64,000 nucleotides of DNA from contig JASFOJ010000006.1 in NCBI GenBank assembly GCA_050116575.1, positions 175 to 64,174 on the forward strand. Direction: 5' to 3'. Below, in pieces: positions 61,282 through 64,000 of the stretch. The translations under genes were made by a program, and so were the position numbers. The first letter of the stretch is position 1. The number at the start of each line of letters is the position of its first letter. Source of the stretch: Gammaproteobacteria bacterium (GTDB lineage: Bacteria; Pseudomonadota; Gammaproteobacteria; SZUA-152). The notes below the pieces were generated by a model. That model was not told where the DNA came from, made no database searches, and was given only the letters and a program-made list of their open reading frames with translations.

Positions 61282-61470
61282 ATGTCTGTACCGATTTCTC
61301 CAAAAATATTGGGCTTACTATTGAGTTGCGGAGCAATTCTTCCTTTCGCGGCATTTTATGCAGCCACTCCCAATAAAGAAGGTAAATGGAAAACGTCAAA
61401 TATTATTAGTTTTATAGTTGGATTGATCACGATTGGCGTGGTGGGCTACACACTGTATCAATATCGCTGA
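61282..61470 (+). CDS. Small two-TM membrane protein (62 aa)
   Basis: RBS AAGGAG 8 bp upstream. Two hydrophobic helices separated by NKEGKWK. Confidence 0.45.
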   Translation: MSVPISPKILGLLLSCGAILPFAAFYAATPNKEGKWKTSNIISFIVGLITIGVVGYTLYQYR

Positions 61471-61589
61471 CACCTGAAGAGCATAACATAAAATGTTGTC
61501 GACAAAAGATATAGCTGTTAGGGCAATTCCGTATCTTTAATACGTTTATCGACCATTGGATAATTAGTCAATCCGTTGCAATGGACGAA

Positions 61590-61853
61590 TTAGCCCCCGC
61601 TCAGCGCCTGAAAAATATAAACCGTCCCATCATCCGCCACACGATCAGAGAGTGTTTTTCTATCGATCACTAACGTGTCGTTGATACAGAGATTCACATG
61701 TCGACGCAAAGCCCCATGTTCGTCGAGCACGTAATCGGTAAATCCTGGGGCAATCTCGTTAACTGCATCCAAAATGTCCGCAACCGAACCGGCCGGCACC
61801 GTAATCGTTAGATTCACCAATTGTGGAAAGAACCGGTAAAGGTGTTGCGTCAT
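61590..61853 (-). CDS. MoaD/ThiS-like ubiquitin-fold protein ending in Gly-Gly
   Basis: 87 aa from MTQHLY. The C-terminus reads ...IFQALSGG. The ORF-track N-terminal extension would overlap the upstream gene by 55 nt and is judged unlikely. Confidence 0.5.
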   Translation of the reverse strand: MTQHLYRFFPQLVNLTITVPAGSVADILDAVNEIAPGFTDYVLDEHGALRRHVNLCINDTLVIDRKTLSDRVADDGTVYIFQALSGG

Positions 61854-61873
61854 TTCAACAGAAACCATGACAT

Positions 61874-63058
61874 TCAGCCAAATCGCACCGAATACACCGG
61901 CGGAAGGTTGTTGCCGAGGCATTGCCATGTCTCACCACGATCTTCTGACATATAAACATTTCCGGTTGTACTACCAAAACACAAACAATCACCCGCGACA
62001 TCGAGGCCATGTCTCAGAACAATGTCATAAGCATTATTCTGCGGCAGACCACTTCGAAAAGACTGCCATGACTCACCACCATCGCTTGTCCGGGCAACGA
62101 ATAGCCCACCATCAATCGCCATACGCTCTGAATCCGCGCGCGCTGGAACGATCCAGGCGGTACGCCCGTCATTGGCATCAACCGCAACAGGAAAGCCAAA
62201 ATGCACGCCAATATCCGGCATGCTGACCTTTTTCCAGTTTTGCGCACCATCATCACTGTAAAAAACCCCGCAATGGTTCTGCTGCCAGAGATGATCCGGC
62301 TGGCTGGCACAGCCAGTTATAAAATGCGGATCATGGCCCCACTCTGCTTCCGGGTTCGGTAGATAATCCATCAACATACCGCGGTTACGCCCTTCCCAGG
62401 TCTTGCCGCCATCCGTCGTTTCGATCACACCCGCTGACGATACCGCAACATAAATATGATCAGCATCGCGCGGATCAACAACAATGGAATGGATGCCGGG
62501 CTCGAACACACCATAGTCTACACTCGCCGGCGTGCCGCCCCATCGGTTTTCGCTGGTCGCGTCACCAGCGAACAGATCGCCGCCGCGACTATCATGGTTC
62601 CACAGCGGCCGGTTGAGCTCCCAGCTGTCACCACCGTCATCGCTGACGAACAAACCACCCGGGATCGTGCCGGCGTATAACCTGCCAGGCTGATCAGCAC
62701 TACCGAACGCAATATTCCAGATCTTGTACACCGTAGCGTCGGTATATTCAGGCTGTGCAGCAGGTGCCGAAGGATCAAAATCCGGTGTGGGCAGGTATTT
62801 GACAATATAGCGTGCACCTTCAGGGTACTTTACCGACATCACATCTTCCCACGCCTCACCCCCATCGCGTGAACGCGAGAGTTTGGGTCCCCAGTGGCCA
62901 TGGTCCAGGGAAGCCCACAAGGTGCCGTCCCGCGGATCACGTGCCACGTAGCAAACCGATATACCCGCGTGCGTGATTGGCCGTGGACGCCAGGTGGCAT
63001 TTGTGCGATCGAAGATTACAGTACCTTTCCGTGTACCTAGCAGGATCAAGTCTGACAT
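61874..63058 (-). CDS. Cytosolic BNR/Asp-box repeat (sialidase-like beta-propeller) protein
   Basis: Six SxDxGxxW repeats (SRDGGEAW, SDDGGDSW, TTDGGKTW, SDDGAQNW, TSDGGESW, SEDRGETW). No signal peptide. Confidence 0.7.
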   Translation of the reverse strand: MSDLILLGTRKGTVIFDRTNATWRPRPITHAGISVCYVARDPRDGTLWASLDHGHWGPKLSRSRDGGEAWEDVMSVKYPEGARYIVKYLPTPDFDPSAPAAQPEYTDATVYKIWNIAFGSADQPGRLYAGTIPGGLFVSDDGGDSWELNRPLWNHDSRGGDLFAGDATSENRWGGTPASVDYGVFEPGIHSIVVDPRDADHIYVAVSSAGVIETTDGGKTWEGRNRGMLMDYLPNPEAEWGHDPHFITGCASQPDHLWQQNHCGVFYSDDGAQNWKKVSMPDIGVHFGFPVAVDANDGRTAWIVPARADSERMAIDGGLFVARTSDGGESWQSFRSGLPQNNAYDIVLRHGLDVAGDCLCFGSTTGNVYMSEDRGETWQCLGNNLPPVYSVRFG

Positions 63059-63134
63059 TAGCTTGTGCTCCTATAAGAACTTCGATTTTGGTACCACCCA
63101 TGTTTAGACAGGCATTCTATATTTATATTCTTAA

Positions 63135-63902
63135 TTAGTCGGTGGGTGCATCCAATATGGTTAACTTATCGTCATCATTATTCCTTCTTGCCTTAAAAAC
63201 AGTGCCATGTCGTTCAAGCGTCAAATCCAATTCCTCCTGCGGTCTCCCATCGGAATAATAGTATAGTGCCAATGATTTTCTGCTCATATTATCAGGGCAA
63301 TTCAACGGATTAGGATGTCCATGATATGAATAGTCAGTTGTGGAAAAAATCACCATGGTATTAAATACCGGCAGAATTTTGTTTTCGCATGCTTCCATAG
63401 TGCTATTCCAAAGCTCCAGATGTCCGCCATATTCTTCTTCCCAGTTTTTATTTAGATAAATGAGGACATTAATTCTTCTATCCAGGTTGGTCCGTGAATG
63501 CTTGTTGAAGTCCACATGTATTTTTAACAACCCACCTCTTTTAATTTCATGTAATCCACCACCCTTATAACTGTTATCCGGTAATATTTTCTCTTCAATT
63601 CCGGTAAGCACTTGTAAAAACTGTAAAAACTCATCCGAGTTCAGGTATTTCATAAACTTTTTTGTGGTTTTTCCAAATCGCTTTGCACCCTTCCCTGCCA
63701 GCTTTTGCGCATTGGGTTTGTCAAACACGGAAGCCTTTCCTGTAGCAAGGTCCGGGAATTCGGAAAGCACAACATCAAGTGTTTCTGGATCAAAAAAATC
63801 CTTAAATACTATACTTGGGAATGGCTTCGCATTTTTATATTCGTTACGGTATTCTTTTGCAACAGCTAAAAGATTTTCGTATTTTCTATCCACAATCTTC
63901 AT
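63135..63902 (-). CDS. 2OG-Fe(II) oxygenase superfamily protein
   Basis: HxD...H facial triad (IHVDFNK ... HGHP) within a jelly-roll-type spacing. Prolyl-hydroxylase-like. Confidence 0.65.
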   Translation of the reverse strand: MKIVDRKYENLLAVAKEYRNEYKNAKPFPSIVFKDFFDPETLDVVLSEFPDLATGKASVFDKPNAQKLAGKGAKRFGKTTKKFMKYLNSDEFLQFLQVLTGIEEKILPDNSYKGGGLHEIKRGGLLKIHVDFNKHSRTNLDRRINVLIYLNKNWEEEYGGHLELWNSTMEACENKILPVFNTMVIFSTTDYSYHGHPNPLNCPDNMSRKSLALYYYSDGRPQEELDLTLERHGTVFKARRNNDDDKLTILDAPTD

Positions 63903-64000
63903 CGTAACTCATGTTCTCCAATTTATTCGCAAACACAATATCAGCGACATTTCAATTATTGATTCTCTCTGCAACCATAACTGTCATGGCGGTTAAGCTA

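Overview
This is a chromosomal segment of roughly 50% GC, most likely from a gammaproteobacterium; no taxon is asserted. Most of it is ordinary chromosomal content. The recognisable housekeeping and physiology genes are mtgA, a desaturase, ppsA, glgX, polX, nrdJ (class II ribonucleotide reductase), sseA, a truncated haemoglobin, OsmC and redoxin-type proteins, an MFS transporter, two sensor histidine kinases, a Lon-like protease and an S8 peptidase. These are interspersed with AT-rich intergenic stretches and many small secreted or membrane proteins of unknown function. I found no rRNA, tRNA, CRISPR array, transposase, integrase, restriction-modification or toxin-antitoxin genes.

The observations worth follow-up are listed here and detailed in the findings:
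- a tandem pair of MITE-like repeat units with terminal inverted repeats (2712-3108);
- two adjacent paralogous Spondin_N-like secreted proteins;
- an overlapping APH/RIO-like kinase and PP2C phosphatase pair;
- a sensor histidine kinase whose phospho-acceptor His is replaced by Asp, while its paralogue in the window is canonical;
- an orphan EncFtn-like (encapsulated-ferritin family) gene with no C-terminal targeting peptide and no encapsulin shell gene nearby;
- a candidate operon of a host-attachment (eRF1-like, baeRF) protein, a Lon-like AAA+ protease and a tandem-USP protein;
- a truncated haemoglobin next to a ferredoxin-FNR fusion reductase;
- a cytosolic BNR/Asp-box repeat protein followed by a MoaD/ThiS-like Gly-Gly protein and a 2OG-Fe(II) oxygenase;
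- a membrane-anchored Hsp20 and a His/Arg-rich glycine-zipper protein;
- an M48/M56-like membrane protein lacking HEXXH;
- a 26-aa hydrophobic mini-ORF with its own RBS and terminator.

All coordinates come from reading the printed sequence and the ORF track. Start sites were adjusted by amino-acid offset where an internal Met with an RBS was evident, and could be off by a few codons.
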